From Candidatus Hydrothermarchaeum profundi (GTDB taxonomy: Archaea > Hydrothermarchaeota > Hydrothermarchaeia > Hydrothermarchaeales > Hydrothermarchaeaceae): a stretch of 64,000 nucleotides of DNA. Positions 1-9,102 of the stretch are shown here, piece by piece (position 1 is the first letter of the stretch; every line of letters begins with the position of its first letter). The position numbers and the translations under genes are program-made. The DNA lies in NCBI GenBank assembly GCA_002011125.2, contig MTMF02000009.1, positions 396,006 to 460,005 of the forward strand, written 5' to 3'. The notes under the pieces are model-generated. The model worked only from the letters and a program-made list of their open reading frames with translations. It ran no database searches and was not told the origin of the DNA.

Positions 1-381
1 GAAGGTGCTCTCAAGTTAAAGGAGATAACTTATTTTCATGCTGAAGGAATGAGTGGAGGAATGCTTAAACATGGTACGATTTCTCTCATTGACGATGAAT
101 TTTTAACTGTCGCTATTGCTCCACTGAGGAGCGACAACCGTGCTAAAATTAAGAGCAATATTCAAGAAGTAAAGGCTAGAGGAGGAAAAGTCGTTTGCAT
201 AGCTGTTGGAAGACCCATTACCATCTGTGATGCCAATATCACTACTTCGGCTTGTAGCGAGGCTTTATCTCCTATATTAGTAGCCCCGGTATACCAGCTC
301 CTCGCCTTCTATACAGCTGTTAAATTTGGGAGAAATGTCGATAAACCTCGAGCTTTAGCTAAATCAGTTACGGTGGAATAA
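1..381 (+). CDS. glmS: Glucosamine--fructose-6-phosphate aminotransferase, C-terminal part (5' truncated by window)
   Basis: Frame open from base 1 (EGALKLKEITYFHAEG); canonical C-terminus NVDKPRALAKSVTVE. Confidence 0.93.
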   Translation, partial: EGALKLKEITYFHAEGMSGGMLKHGTISLIDDEFLTVAIAPLRSDNRAKIKSNIQEVKARGGKVVCIAVGRPITICDANITTSACSEALSPILVAPVYQLLAFYTAVKFGRNVDKPRALAKSVTVE

Positions 382-516
382 GATATTTTATTCATTAAAA
401 ACTAAGACAGTTTTAATAAAAGATTTTCTCTATCGCTAAAGAAATTATAGAAATATCTTTTTTGTAAAAGTATTTATAGTAGGTAGGAGAATATTTTTTT
501 ATGTGGGGGTTTTCCA

Positions 517-909
517 ATGGAGGCGCAAAGGGCATCTACAGACAAAGAGTTTGGTTTATATAAGATTTCAATAGAAGACTTACCAGAAGGCTGGAATCCT
601 TCAGCTAATGCGATTTTAAACGGTACTAAAGAGAATCAGCTTAAAAGTTACTCTAAAATATTTAGGCTACTTCCTCCTCTCTCTCCTAAATTTCTATCCA
701 AAGACGGCGATAAGAATTACTATTCTATATACGCCAGCGTCGAAATAGAAAAGCAGGAAGACGTTTATTCAATCAAATGTAAACTAGAAAAGCTCGGAGT
801 ACAGGGGGATATTCTCGGACCTCTTTTCGAGGTAGCTACTCAAGCCGAAACTCTTGAAAGTGCGAACTATATTGCCCTCAGATTTATGAAGGCTGTCAAT
901 CAAATATAA
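517..909 (+). CDS. Hypothetical protein
   Basis: 130-aa ORF with upstream TTTATA box (~473); no recognised motif. Confidence 0.55.
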   Translation: MEAQRASTDKEFGLYKISIEDLPEGWNPSANAILNGTKENQLKSYSKIFRLLPPLSPKFLSKDGDKNYYSIYASVEIEKQEDVYSIKCKLEKLGVQGDILGPLFEVATQAETLESANYIALRFMKAVNQI

Positions 910-919
910 GCTTCTCACA

Positions 920-1228
920 ATGCCTAAATTCATAGGTAAAAGAAACTTAATAAGGGCACAAATAATAGGATTAGAAGAATTCCCTATAGACGTAGAAAAA
1001 GCTCTGTTAAGATCATTTATCAAAAAAATAGAAGAACATCTTGAAAAAAATTATATCACGGAGAAGACATACATAGAACTTAGAAGTGACTGCGAGATTA
1101 AACTTGCTCTTCTTGAAATGGGAATCAGAACTAAGAAAATAAACTGTCCAGAATGCGGGAAAAAAACTATTGCGATAATTAATCCTACTGGAATTGCTTT
1201 GTTCTCATGTAATAATAAAGCATTTTAA
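920..1228 (+). CDS. Hypothetical protein with C-terminal Zn-ribbon-like motif
   Basis: CPECG...FSC motif; starts 10 bp after the previous ORF. Confidence 0.5.
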   Translation: MPKFIGKRNLIRAQIIGLEEFPIDVEKALLRSFIKKIEEHLEKNYITEKTYIELRSDCEIKLALLEMGIRTKKINCPECGKKTIAIINPTGIALFSCNNKAF

Positions 1229-1271
1229 CTTCTTCTGGAAAGCCCGTATACGAAAGCATAGGGTAGTTTCT

Positions 1272-1898
1272 TTAGAGAATTCTGACTTCTATATCTGGAT
1301 CTTTAATTAAACTTTTAAACTCTTCAGGATTAGCCGTTGTTTCTTTAAGGTAGTTATAATGCATCGGTATAACTATCCTAGGCTTTATGGCCATAGCAGC
1401 TTCGGCAGCTTCTTTAATGTTCATTGTATACGTCCCACCTATGGGGAGGAGTGCGACATCGGCCTCAATGTCCTTCATCTCAGGGATAAAATCCGTATCT
1501 CCTGCATGATAAATTCTTAAATTATTGACCTTAAAGACATATCCTACACCAGAGTTTTTGCTATGAAATGGCTTTGAAATATTGTAAGAATCTACAGCCT
1601 TAATTTCAACTCCTTTAATAGATACCGAATCACCCGGCATTACCGTAGTGAGATTCCCCTTAACCTTTCCTTTACAGGCCGGTGGAGAAACAATTACTGT
1701 ATCATCTTTTTTCAACTTCTCAATATTTCCAACATCACAATGATCGTAGTGCTCATGCGTAACTAGGATTATATCCGCTTTTTCGCTATCATCGTTTAGA
1801 ACATATGGATCCACAAATATAACGGAATTCCCTTTTATCTTAAAACTCGCATGACCTAACCAACTTATCGTTACATTATCAACCTCTGTAACGCCCAA
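1272..1898 (-). CDS. MBL-fold metallo-hydrolase (UPF0173/UlaG-like)
   Basis: WLGHASF, THEHYDH, YHAGDT, PIGG, IPMHY motifs; GGAGGTG RBS upstream. Confidence 0.92.
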   Translation of the reverse strand: MGVTEVDNVTISWLGHASFKIKGNSVIFVDPYVLNDDSEKADIILVTHEHYDHCDVGNIEKLKKDDTVIVSPPACKGKVKGNLTTVMPGDSVSIKGVEIKAVDSYNISKPFHSKNSGVGYVFKVNNLRIYHAGDTDFIPEMKDIEADVALLPIGGTYTMNIKEAAEAAMAIKPRIVIPMHYNYLKETTANPEEFKSLIKDPDIEVRIL

Positions 1899-2037
1899 TT
1901 TACCACCTCCTAACCAATATTGTCAAGTCTCTTACTTTACTTAGATAATTATGATGCATAGCTTGAGAAACATAAGCGAATTATAAAACCCATACACTCC
2001 TTGTTAAATCTATAGTTTCAAAAGTTAAAAAAACTTT

Positions 2038-3024
2038 CTAACCAAATACTACTCTCTCATGTAACTCTGCAGATCTCCTCGCACCAAGAGCTACTTCTAA
2101 AGCGATTTTACCATCTCTAGCAGTACACATATGTGGTGTATTATGAACTATAGCCTCCAAAAAGTGTTCAACCTCATCACTTATCCACATACCCGGAGCA
2201 CGTAAAAGATCAGGTATTACTGCTTTCTCCTCCGTATATATCTGGAGGGGTAAACTAGTGGTAGTATCTACCGTCAAAATACCTTTAGTGCCAAATATCC
2301 TAAGCCCTACATCCAAAGGGCTTGGAAATGATTTTGGCAGAAATCTCGAAATATCTATTGAAGCAAAACTATTGTTCTTGAACTTAAGTAACATAATTGC
2401 GGAATCCTCGCTCTTAGCATTCAAATATACGAAGTTACCTGATCTACATTCTACCATCCTCACTTCAGACTCCATAAGCCACCTCAGAAGATCTATCATA
2501 AATATCCCTAAGTCAACGATAAGGCCGCCACTTTTATCTACCTCCCATATCCAGCCTTTCTTTGATGAGGCTCTATGCATCCACCTACCATGCGCCATAT
2601 AAGGCCGGCCTATCTGAGCTATTCTTTCCTTAGCGGCTTTGAATCCAACATGAAATCTCTCTGAAAAACCGACCATAAGCCTAGCATTACCTTCTTCAGA
2701 CAATCGAACTAGTTCTTCAGCCTCATTTAAATCCAGCGTTATTGGCTTTTCCACAAGGACATGGATTTCTTTTTCTAATGCCTCTTTAGCCATTTCGTAG
2801 TGAAGATAGGGTGGAGTTGCTATACTAACTATTTGAACACCTGTATCTAAAAGCTCGTGATAGTCCGTGGTATGGGAGACTTCAAATTTCTCTCCAAGCC
2901 TTCGTGCATTGTCCTCTGCGATATCAGCGACTCCAACTAATTCTGCGTGTGTTGCTCCAGTGTAAGCTTGAGCATGCATTAATCCAACCCAGCCTGCACC
3001 TATTACCCCTGCCTTTAGCTTCAT
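2038..3024 (-). CDS. Gfo/Idh/MocA family oxidoreductase
   Basis: GVIGAGWVG Rossmann motif, VEKP, GG..D.G..MID; start set at MKLKAG. Confidence 0.9.
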   Translation of the reverse strand: MKLKAGVIGAGWVGLMHAQAYTGATHAELVGVADIAEDNARRLGEKFEVSHTTDYHELLDTGVQIVSIATPPYLHYEMAKEALEKEIHVLVEKPITLDLNEAEELVRLSEEGNARLMVGFSERFHVGFKAAKERIAQIGRPYMAHGRWMHRASSKKGWIWEVDKSGGLIVDLGIFMIDLLRWLMESEVRMVECRSGNFVYLNAKSEDSAIMLLKFKNNSFASIDISRFLPKSFPSPLDVGLRIFGTKGILTVDTTTSLPLQIYTEEKAVIPDLLRAPGMWISDEVEHFLEAIVHNTPHMCTARDGKIALEVALGARRSAELHERVVFG

Positions 3025-3281
3025 AATGATAGAGTCTATAGGCAAGTATTTCTAATTTTCCTCCTATCACATATAAATTAGAATTTAATAGTAGAGAAGG
3101 CTTCCTTAGATGGTAAAAATCAGGGCTATTATAAAATAAACACGTTTTAATAATCCTACTACCTTCTCAATATAAACATTTTTAAGGTCTCCATTAAATG
3201 AATCATTTTAATAAAAACAGGCTGTCTATTAGATAGTTTTTTAAATGAAATCATAATTTTTATACATCTGGAGTTGTATTT

Positions 3282-4193
3282 ATGGTAGATATTTCCACTA
3301 AAATTAGCGGAATAAAGCTTAAGACTCCATTAATGCTCGCATCAGGTATTTTAGGCACCGCCGGCACATCGCTCAAAAGGATAGCGGTTTTCGGAGGAGC
3401 TTCAGCCATAGTAACCAAATCCCTGGGAGTTGAACCTAGAAGCGGCCATAAAGGTCCAACCATTGTAAAGAGCATAGCAGGAGGCCTTATAAGTGCCATT
3501 GGCTTGGCTAATCCGGGATATGAAGCATTCAAAGAGGAGCTAGATATCGCTAAAGAAGGAGGAGTGCCCGTTATTGGAAGTGCATATGGATTTAGTTTCC
3601 GAGAGTATATAGAAGTAGCCCAAGCCCTTGAAAGCTATGGGGCCTCCGCAGTAGAACTCAATCTCTCCTATCCAAATGTAGGAAAAACTGGAGCATTCTA
3701 CGGTAAGCATACAGAACTTAGTTATGAGGTAGTAAAAGCTGTCAAGGAGAGCGTGAATATTCCTGTTTTTGCAAAATTAACAGCTAATGTATCAGATATC
3801 GTTAAGGTGGCTAAAGCATGCGAGGAAGCAGGAGTAGATGCAATCACTGCAATAACTTCTCTAGAGGCCATGAAAATAGATGTAAACACTGGAAGACCTG
3901 TGTTAGGCAACAAGGTAGGCGGCTTAAGTGGTCCGTGTATAAAACCTATAGCTCTACGATGCGTTTATGCAATCACCAAAGAAGTGGATGTACCTGTAAT
4001 AGGATGCGGAGGGATAACCACAGGCGAGGATGCCCTAGAGTTTATTATGGCAGGCGCCCAAGCATGTCAAATAGGAACCGGGATACTTACGAGAGGTATA
4101 ACTATATTTAAGAAAATTGCAAGAGAAATGGAAGAGATAATGGAAAAACAGGGCTACCGAAATCTAGATGAAATAAGAGGAATAGCTCACTAG
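3282..4193 (+). CDS. pyrD: Dihydroorotate dehydrogenase class 1B-like flavoprotein with altered active site
   Basis: LASG, TKS, AKL, GGLSG, GCGGI, QIGT FMN motifs intact; ELNLSYPN replaces ELNLSCPN. Confidence 0.8.
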   Translation: MVDISTKISGIKLKTPLMLASGILGTAGTSLKRIAVFGGASAIVTKSLGVEPRSGHKGPTIVKSIAGGLISAIGLANPGYEAFKEELDIAKEGGVPVIGSAYGFSFREYIEVAQALESYGASAVELNLSYPNVGKTGAFYGKHTELSYEVVKAVKESVNIPVFAKLTANVSDIVKVAKACEEAGVDAITAITSLEAMKIDVNTGRPVLGNKVGGLSGPCIKPIALRCVYAITKEVDVPVIGCGGITTGEDALEFIMAGAQACQIGTGILTRGITIFKKIAREMEEIMEKQGYRNLDEIRGIAH

Positions 4194-4230
4194 TCGACTC
4201 CCCCTCTGTGATCAAGAAAGGTGAAGTAAC

Positions 4231-5016
4231 ATGAGAGTTACAAAAATAAAGGAGATAATTAGAGAAACAGAGCGAATAAGGACCTTTGTTTTCGAAGAAA
4301 AAGTTGACGCTTTACCCGGTCAATTTGTGATGGTATGGATACCTGATGTAGATGAAAAACCGTTAAGCCTATCCAAACATAAAGGAGATTTGACTATAAC
4401 AGTACTTGCCCAAGGACCTTTCACTAATAAAATGGCAGAACTCAAAGTAGGAGATAAAGTAGGTATTAGGGGCCCCTTCGGCAGAGGCTTCAAAATAATA
4501 GGAGACAACCTCTTGCTAGTTGGGGGAGGAGTAGGTGTACCGCCTCTTGCTGCTCTTGCTGACAAAGCGGTTGAAGAAGGTAAAAATGTAACCGCCATCG
4601 TTGGAGCAATAACGGCAAGCGAACTTTTATTCGTAGATCGATTAGAGAATATAGGTGCTAGAGTTTTAACGTGCACAGACGATGGTACTGCTGGAAAGAA
4701 AGGATTTACAACCGACTTACTTAGGGATTTACTCCAGAAAGAAACTTTTGACTCATGTTATACCTGCGGTCCAGAGATAATGATGGTTAAGGTATTAGAA
4801 CAGACGAAAGCGAAGGGTATACCCACACAAGTATCTATGGAAAGATATGTCAAATGTGGTATTGGGATATGTGGGCATTGTATAGTAGATGGAACAGGAC
4901 AAAGGGTCTGCAAAGAAGGACCTGTTTTTAGGGACATAGAGGTTGAAAAAATTACTGAATTTGGGAAATATCGGAGAGATGCTTCTGGAACAAAGGTATA
5001 CTTTAGAAATAGATAG
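4231..5016 (+). CDS. pyrK: Dihydroorotate dehydrogenase electron-transfer subunit (FAD/[2Fe-2S])
   Basis: PGQF, RGPFGRGF, GGGVG, TDDG, CGP, CGIGICGHC..VCKEGPVF. Confidence 0.92.
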   Translation: MRVTKIKEIIRETERIRTFVFEEKVDALPGQFVMVWIPDVDEKPLSLSKHKGDLTITVLAQGPFTNKMAELKVGDKVGIRGPFGRGFKIIGDNLLLVGGGVGVPPLAALADKAVEEGKNVTAIVGAITASELLFVDRLENIGARVLTCTDDGTAGKKGFTTDLLRDLLQKETFDSCYTCGPEIMMVKVLEQTKAKGIPTQVSMERYVKCGIGICGHCIVDGTGQRVCKEGPVFRDIEVEKITEFGKYRRDASGTKVYFRNR

Positions 5017-5032
5017 TAGTATTTATTACAAC

Positions 5033-5386
5033 CTATTTTGTCCGAAAATTTCCATTTTCTAAATCTTTGAAAGATTTCTCAGCTATCGTAGTTACATTAG
5101 AAACCGCTTTAGCTATATACTCCTTAGATTTTTTCATATTAACGGTGTTGAACTCTTTAATTGCTTTATGGAGATTATGATATGCAGAGTCTGCTTCCTT
5201 CTCATGGGTTTTATCTCTCAACGCAACAAATAATGTTCTCATCTCCCCGTCCAATGAGTCAAACATTGCATGAATAATGTCTTCTTTCTTATCGTAGTTT
5301 TCATAAGCCTCTAGAAGATTATTCGCCATCAAAAGTAGCGTCTTCATTTTATCAGAATAATGATACGCCATAAGAGAACTTTTCAT
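5033..5386 (-). CDS. Hypothetical helical protein coupled to nreA
   Basis: ATGA overlap with the nre stop codon; 117 aa. Confidence 0.65.
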   Translation of the reverse strand: MKSSLMAYHYSDKMKTLLLMANNLLEAYENYDKKEDIIHAMFDSLDGEMRTLFVALRDKTHEKEADSAYHNLHKAIKEFNTVNMKKSKEYIAKAVSNVTTIAEKSFKDLENGNFRTK

Positions 5387-6648
5387 ATAAACTCCTCCAA
5401 TCTTTTCTGCTTAAGCATTTTACTTTTTTTCAAATATTCCTTCATTGGAATCTTCAGCCTCTTAGAGATATCCCTCAAAGCTTCGCTTAAAGTATCAAAC
5501 TTTCTAGGCGGGTTTTTCATCGCTTGACGAACATTTTCCCTTACCTCCCAAACTCCTACGGGGATAATATAGCCTTCATAGATTTCTCTAAATACGATAA
5601 CTCCTGCCTGTCTTCTCATCCTATAAAGAGCCTCTTGCACAGCAAGTCTCGCTGCATAATAGCCTCCTCCTTCTGAATAAGCATACTCACTTCTACCCCA
5701 ATAGCCCTCATTTTCCTGATTAATCGCAGGTTCTTTATAGGACAAGGTCCACAGAGTATCTGGAGCCCACGCCTCAAACTGCTCATATTCCCATCTCCGA
5801 GGCATGAGCAACACTTCAAAATGATTATCCAGATATGTATTATGGTATACCAGAAATTCATTAACGGTTGGATAAGACCTTATATTTTCTAAAAGTCTTT
5901 TCCCAACTATATCATCAACCGCAGTTATGCTCCATCTTGTTGGAACCATCTTCTTACCCAAATCCAATCCTAAAACGCCGGAGGATAAAATCCTACTCAA
6001 ATAATATACATCATATCCATAGTGGTAGAGCTTAGAGATAGCCTCACCTGCCTTAAATTCGTCAGATACTACAGAATCCACCTTTTTGGGTATTGCGGGA
6101 TTTTCAGCTATATCAAAATTTCTCAGCATACCGCTAGGGCCTAACGGCTGAGATAACGGAGAGAAAGACAAGCTATATTTTGGTTTAGATTTAAATTCTA
6201 CCTCAGTATCCACAGGCTTAATAGAAAGCACTACTTCCTGGACCTTTTCTACTATCTTCGATCTCTCCTTCACGCCGCATCGGGTTTTCGATCTGACAAG
6301 CAGTGAACGCATTTTTATTATCTGGTTAAAATCTAGCCCATACCACTTGCTAGGATCATCTAAAAGGCTTGCATTCTCATACTCTATAGAAGTTAGCGGA
6401 CCAACAAAAACATTAGGATACCCCTTCCATCCTACAAAAATACTAGGAGAGGGTCCAAACATGTTTTCTTTGAGCATGCCCTCAATAGGGCTTTGAATAT
6501 AAATTTTAGCTAGTAAAGGACAAGAAGGTCTCCCACAAAGTAATCTTCCCCCTTTGCACTCCAAGCATAAAGTTCTGCTCATGGGTCTAAGCTTTCTAAT
6601 GGCCCTTACGATTTCACATTTTGGATCCTGCCAGTCTTCCATATTCAC
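5383..6648 (-). CDS. nreA: Nre family PCNA-interacting DNA repair protein
   Basis: N-terminal CLECKG..LCG..SCP, SIFVG..GYP, VPTRWSITAVD, GVWEVRENVR; C-terminal PIP box QKRLEEFI. Confidence 0.93.
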   Translation of the reverse strand: MNMEDWQDPKCEIVRAIRKLRPMSRTLCLECKGGRLLCGRPSCPLLAKIYIQSPIEGMLKENMFGPSPSIFVGWKGYPNVFVGPLTSIEYENASLLDDPSKWYGLDFNQIIKMRSLLVRSKTRCGVKERSKIVEKVQEVVLSIKPVDTEVEFKSKPKYSLSFSPLSQPLGPSGMLRNFDIAENPAIPKKVDSVVSDEFKAGEAISKLYHYGYDVYYLSRILSSGVLGLDLGKKMVPTRWSITAVDDIVGKRLLENIRSYPTVNEFLVYHNTYLDNHFEVLLMPRRWEYEQFEAWAPDTLWTLSYKEPAINQENEGYWGRSEYAYSEGGGYYAARLAVQEALYRMRRQAGVIVFREIYEGYIIPVGVWEVRENVRQAMKNPPRKFDTLSEALRDISKRLKIPMKEYLKKSKMLKQKRLEEFI

Positions 6649-6748
6649 TCTACTTTAAAATGAGAAAACTGCCATAAACAAGGTTAGCAGATCAAAGAAA
6701 ATAGATGCTAAAATTAAAACTTTATATCAAAAAAACAATTTTTTATAT

Positions 6749-7882
6749 ATGGCTACTCCGGAAGATCGTATCCTCCTACTACTTGCTATTAAAGAAAAAG
6801 GTAAAAGAATAAACTTTGAACACATCGCTGAAAAAGTTATCAGAGACGAGCAAGGGAAGATATCTGAAAAAGAAGTTAAAGAAACCCTAGAAGAACTCTT
6901 AAAAAAACAAATGGTCTCTGAGAAAAATAGAATGTATGCAATTACGGAGAAAGGCAGAGCTACAATTTTAGAAAAGCTTAAAGACATTGAAAATGAGCTA
7001 AATTTATCATATCGCCGGGTACTAGTGGCAAAAGACTACTATCCCTCAGTTGCAGAGGCTATGGTTCCATATTTAAAAGAGAGAGCTACGAGTACTGTAA
7101 AAGTTTTCAGCGACGAAAAAGACCCTTTTAATAATCTAAAACCCCTTTTCGTAAGATATTCCAGATATAAGCCTAAAAAAACCCCTATAATAATCGAAAC
7201 TGTAGACGAACTACTTAGATATGTAAACGCTCATGCGATTGATTTCATACCCTATGTGCATAAGCTTAACTCCTCTGAGCCAGATTGGCTTATACTAGAC
7301 CTAGATGCTGGTTTAGAATTCAGACGGCATGAGAAAGGTTTTGATCTGGTGAAATTAGCTGCAAAGAAAGTTATAGAAGTCCTAGAATACCACGAGATAA
7401 CACCGTGTATAAAATTTTCAGGATCTAGAGGTATACAGATATGGGCCGCACTAGATAACGGCAAATTACCGCCAGGAGACAAATTTGCTCAATATAGGAA
7501 TCTTGCTATAGTTATACAAAGAATGACCGAACAAGCAATACAGGACTCAGATGTCGCAGACGAATTTTATCAAATTACAAAGAAAAATAAGCCTATAACA
7601 ACCTCCACAGTCGCCAAGAAAGAAGAGAGGGCAGATCAAATCCTAATAGACTGGAGTAGCATGAAACCAAATGGGGATGTAAGAGCCCCTTTCAGCATTC
7701 ACTATAAAACAGGACTTGTATCCTGTCCAATCAGCAAACATCATCTCATAGACTTTAAAATAAGCGAGGCAGAACCTAAAACTGTGGCTGAAAATATAAA
7801 TAAACTAAGAAAAGACTTCGAGATTGTAAAATCAGATCCAAGTCTATTATGTAGAGCTAGCCGGTTTGCTACCTTGGAATAA
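6749..7882 (+). CDS. LigD PolDom-like archaeo-eukaryotic primase-polymerase with N-terminal winged-helix
   Basis: AEP motifs PDWLILDLD, KFSGSRGIQI, ILID..RAPFS; N-terminal wHTH ending YAITEKGR. Confidence 0.78.
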   Translation: MATPEDRILLLLAIKEKGKRINFEHIAEKVIRDEQGKISEKEVKETLEELLKKQMVSEKNRMYAITEKGRATILEKLKDIENELNLSYRRVLVAKDYYPSVAEAMVPYLKERATSTVKVFSDEKDPFNNLKPLFVRYSRYKPKKTPIIIETVDELLRYVNAHAIDFIPYVHKLNSSEPDWLILDLDAGLEFRRHEKGFDLVKLAAKKVIEVLEYHEITPCIKFSGSRGIQIWAALDNGKLPPGDKFAQYRNLAIVIQRMTEQAIQDSDVADEFYQITKKNKPITTSTVAKKEERADQILIDWSSMKPNGDVRAPFSIHYKTGLVSCPISKHHLIDFKISEAEPKTVAENINKLRKDFEIVKSDPSLLCRASRFATLE

Positions 7883-7911
7883 AAGAAAGATTACGTAACT
7901 ATCTTAGAACA

Positions 7912-9102
7912 TTATTCGTATCTCAAAGCCTCAACCGGATCTAGCTTGGCCGCTTTCCATGCAGGGTATGCTCCAGAGGCACTTCCTACAATAATAGAAA
8001 AAATAAGAGCTCCTATAAGCACTGTAACAGAAACATATGTTTCAAATAATGTACCAATGTAAAACTGACCGATTTCCTCTATCATCTTCGAAGTAACGAG
8101 ACCAAAAATTATCCCAACAGCCCCTCCAACAAGCCCTACAAGAGAAGATTCCGCAAGAAATACGCCTAGAATGCGGTAGTTAGTCGCACCCGTTGCCTTC
8201 ATTATACCTATCTCTCGAGTCCTCTCAATTACGCTCATTAACATAGTATTCATTATTATTACCCCCCCTACCAAAAGAGAAACCGAGGCAATTCCTCCGA
8301 GAACGAAAGTTAATATATCTAAAACCTGATTTATTTGCCCAGCTTGGTCTTCTGTAGTTAAGACCTCAAAATCTTTTCCTCCTCTAAGTTTTTTAAGGCG
8401 CTCTTCAATTTTTTTCGAAACTTCCCCTACTACGCCTTTACTGTCTGCTTGAACCATTATAAAATTAATATCATCCCCAACGTCAAAAAGTGACTGCGCA
8501 GCCTTTATCGACATATAAATCTGAGAATCATCTGGCTTTGACCCTATCTCCTCGATGATTCCAGTTACTCTAAACTTTTTACCGCTTATCTCTAGGTAAT
8601 CTCCTACCCTAATTTCTTTTTCAAACATCCCTTTTGAAACATAATAACCTATAAACACCGCCTCTGTCTCGGTTTCATCAATATATCGGCCTTCTTTCAA
8701 TGTAAGAAACTCACGATAAAGTTCTATTCCTTCTTCTGTCCCCCCTATTATGTTCGCAGTTACCTCTTCAGTACCCACTTTAACCTTTGCTGATGCGAAA
8801 TACATAGGAGCTACTTTTTTAACCCCTGGAATAGTATTTATCTCTCTCAGCTCAGCATTGCCGAAGGGTACGAATTCTTTTGGAGGCCCAAAGCCTCCTC
8901 CAAAAAATCCCGCTGGTGAAACATATATCTTATCGGCTCCAACCTTGTCAAGCTGTTCATTTACTGTCCTCCTCATACCCTCACCAATAGAAATCATAGC
9001 CACAATTACCGCAATACCTATAACAATGCCTGATAGAGTAAGAAAAGTTCTAGACTTCCTTTGAACCATATTCCTAAACGAATACTTTATGTACTCGATC
9101 AT
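7912..9102 (-). CDS. MacB/FtsX-type ABC permease
   Basis: RTFLTLSGIVIG, SVIERTREIGIMKATGA, AAKLDPVEALRYE. Confidence 0.93.
   Translation of the reverse strand: MIEYIKYSFRNMVQRKSRTFLTLSGIVIGIAVIVAMISIGEGMRRTVNEQLDKVGADKIYVSPAGFFGGGFGPPKEFVPFGNAELREINTIPGVKKVAPMYFASAKVKVGTEEVTANIIGGTEEGIELYREFLTLKEGRYIDETETEAVFIGYYVSKGMFEKEIRVGDYLEISGKKFRVTGIIEEIGSKPDDSQIYMSIKAAQSLFDVGDDINFIMVQADSKGVVGEVSKKIEERLKKLRGGKDFEVLTTEDQAGQINQVLDILTFVLGGIASVSLLVGGVIIMNTMLMSVIERTREIGIMKATGATNYRILGVFLAESSLVGLVGGAVGIIFGLVTSKMIEEIGQFYIGTLFETYVSVTVLIGALIFSIIVGSASGAYPAWKAAKLDPVEALRYE

Noticed and set aside
381-520. Tn7-like insertion downstream of glmS
   Set aside because: No TGT-starting transposon end, TnsB-site repeats or tns genes follow the stop codon
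7410-7445. His->Gln in AEP motif II (SGSRGIQ) read as inactivation
   Set aside because: As I recall, Gln occurs at this position in some active bacterial LigD PolDoms, and the catalytic Asp residues are intact
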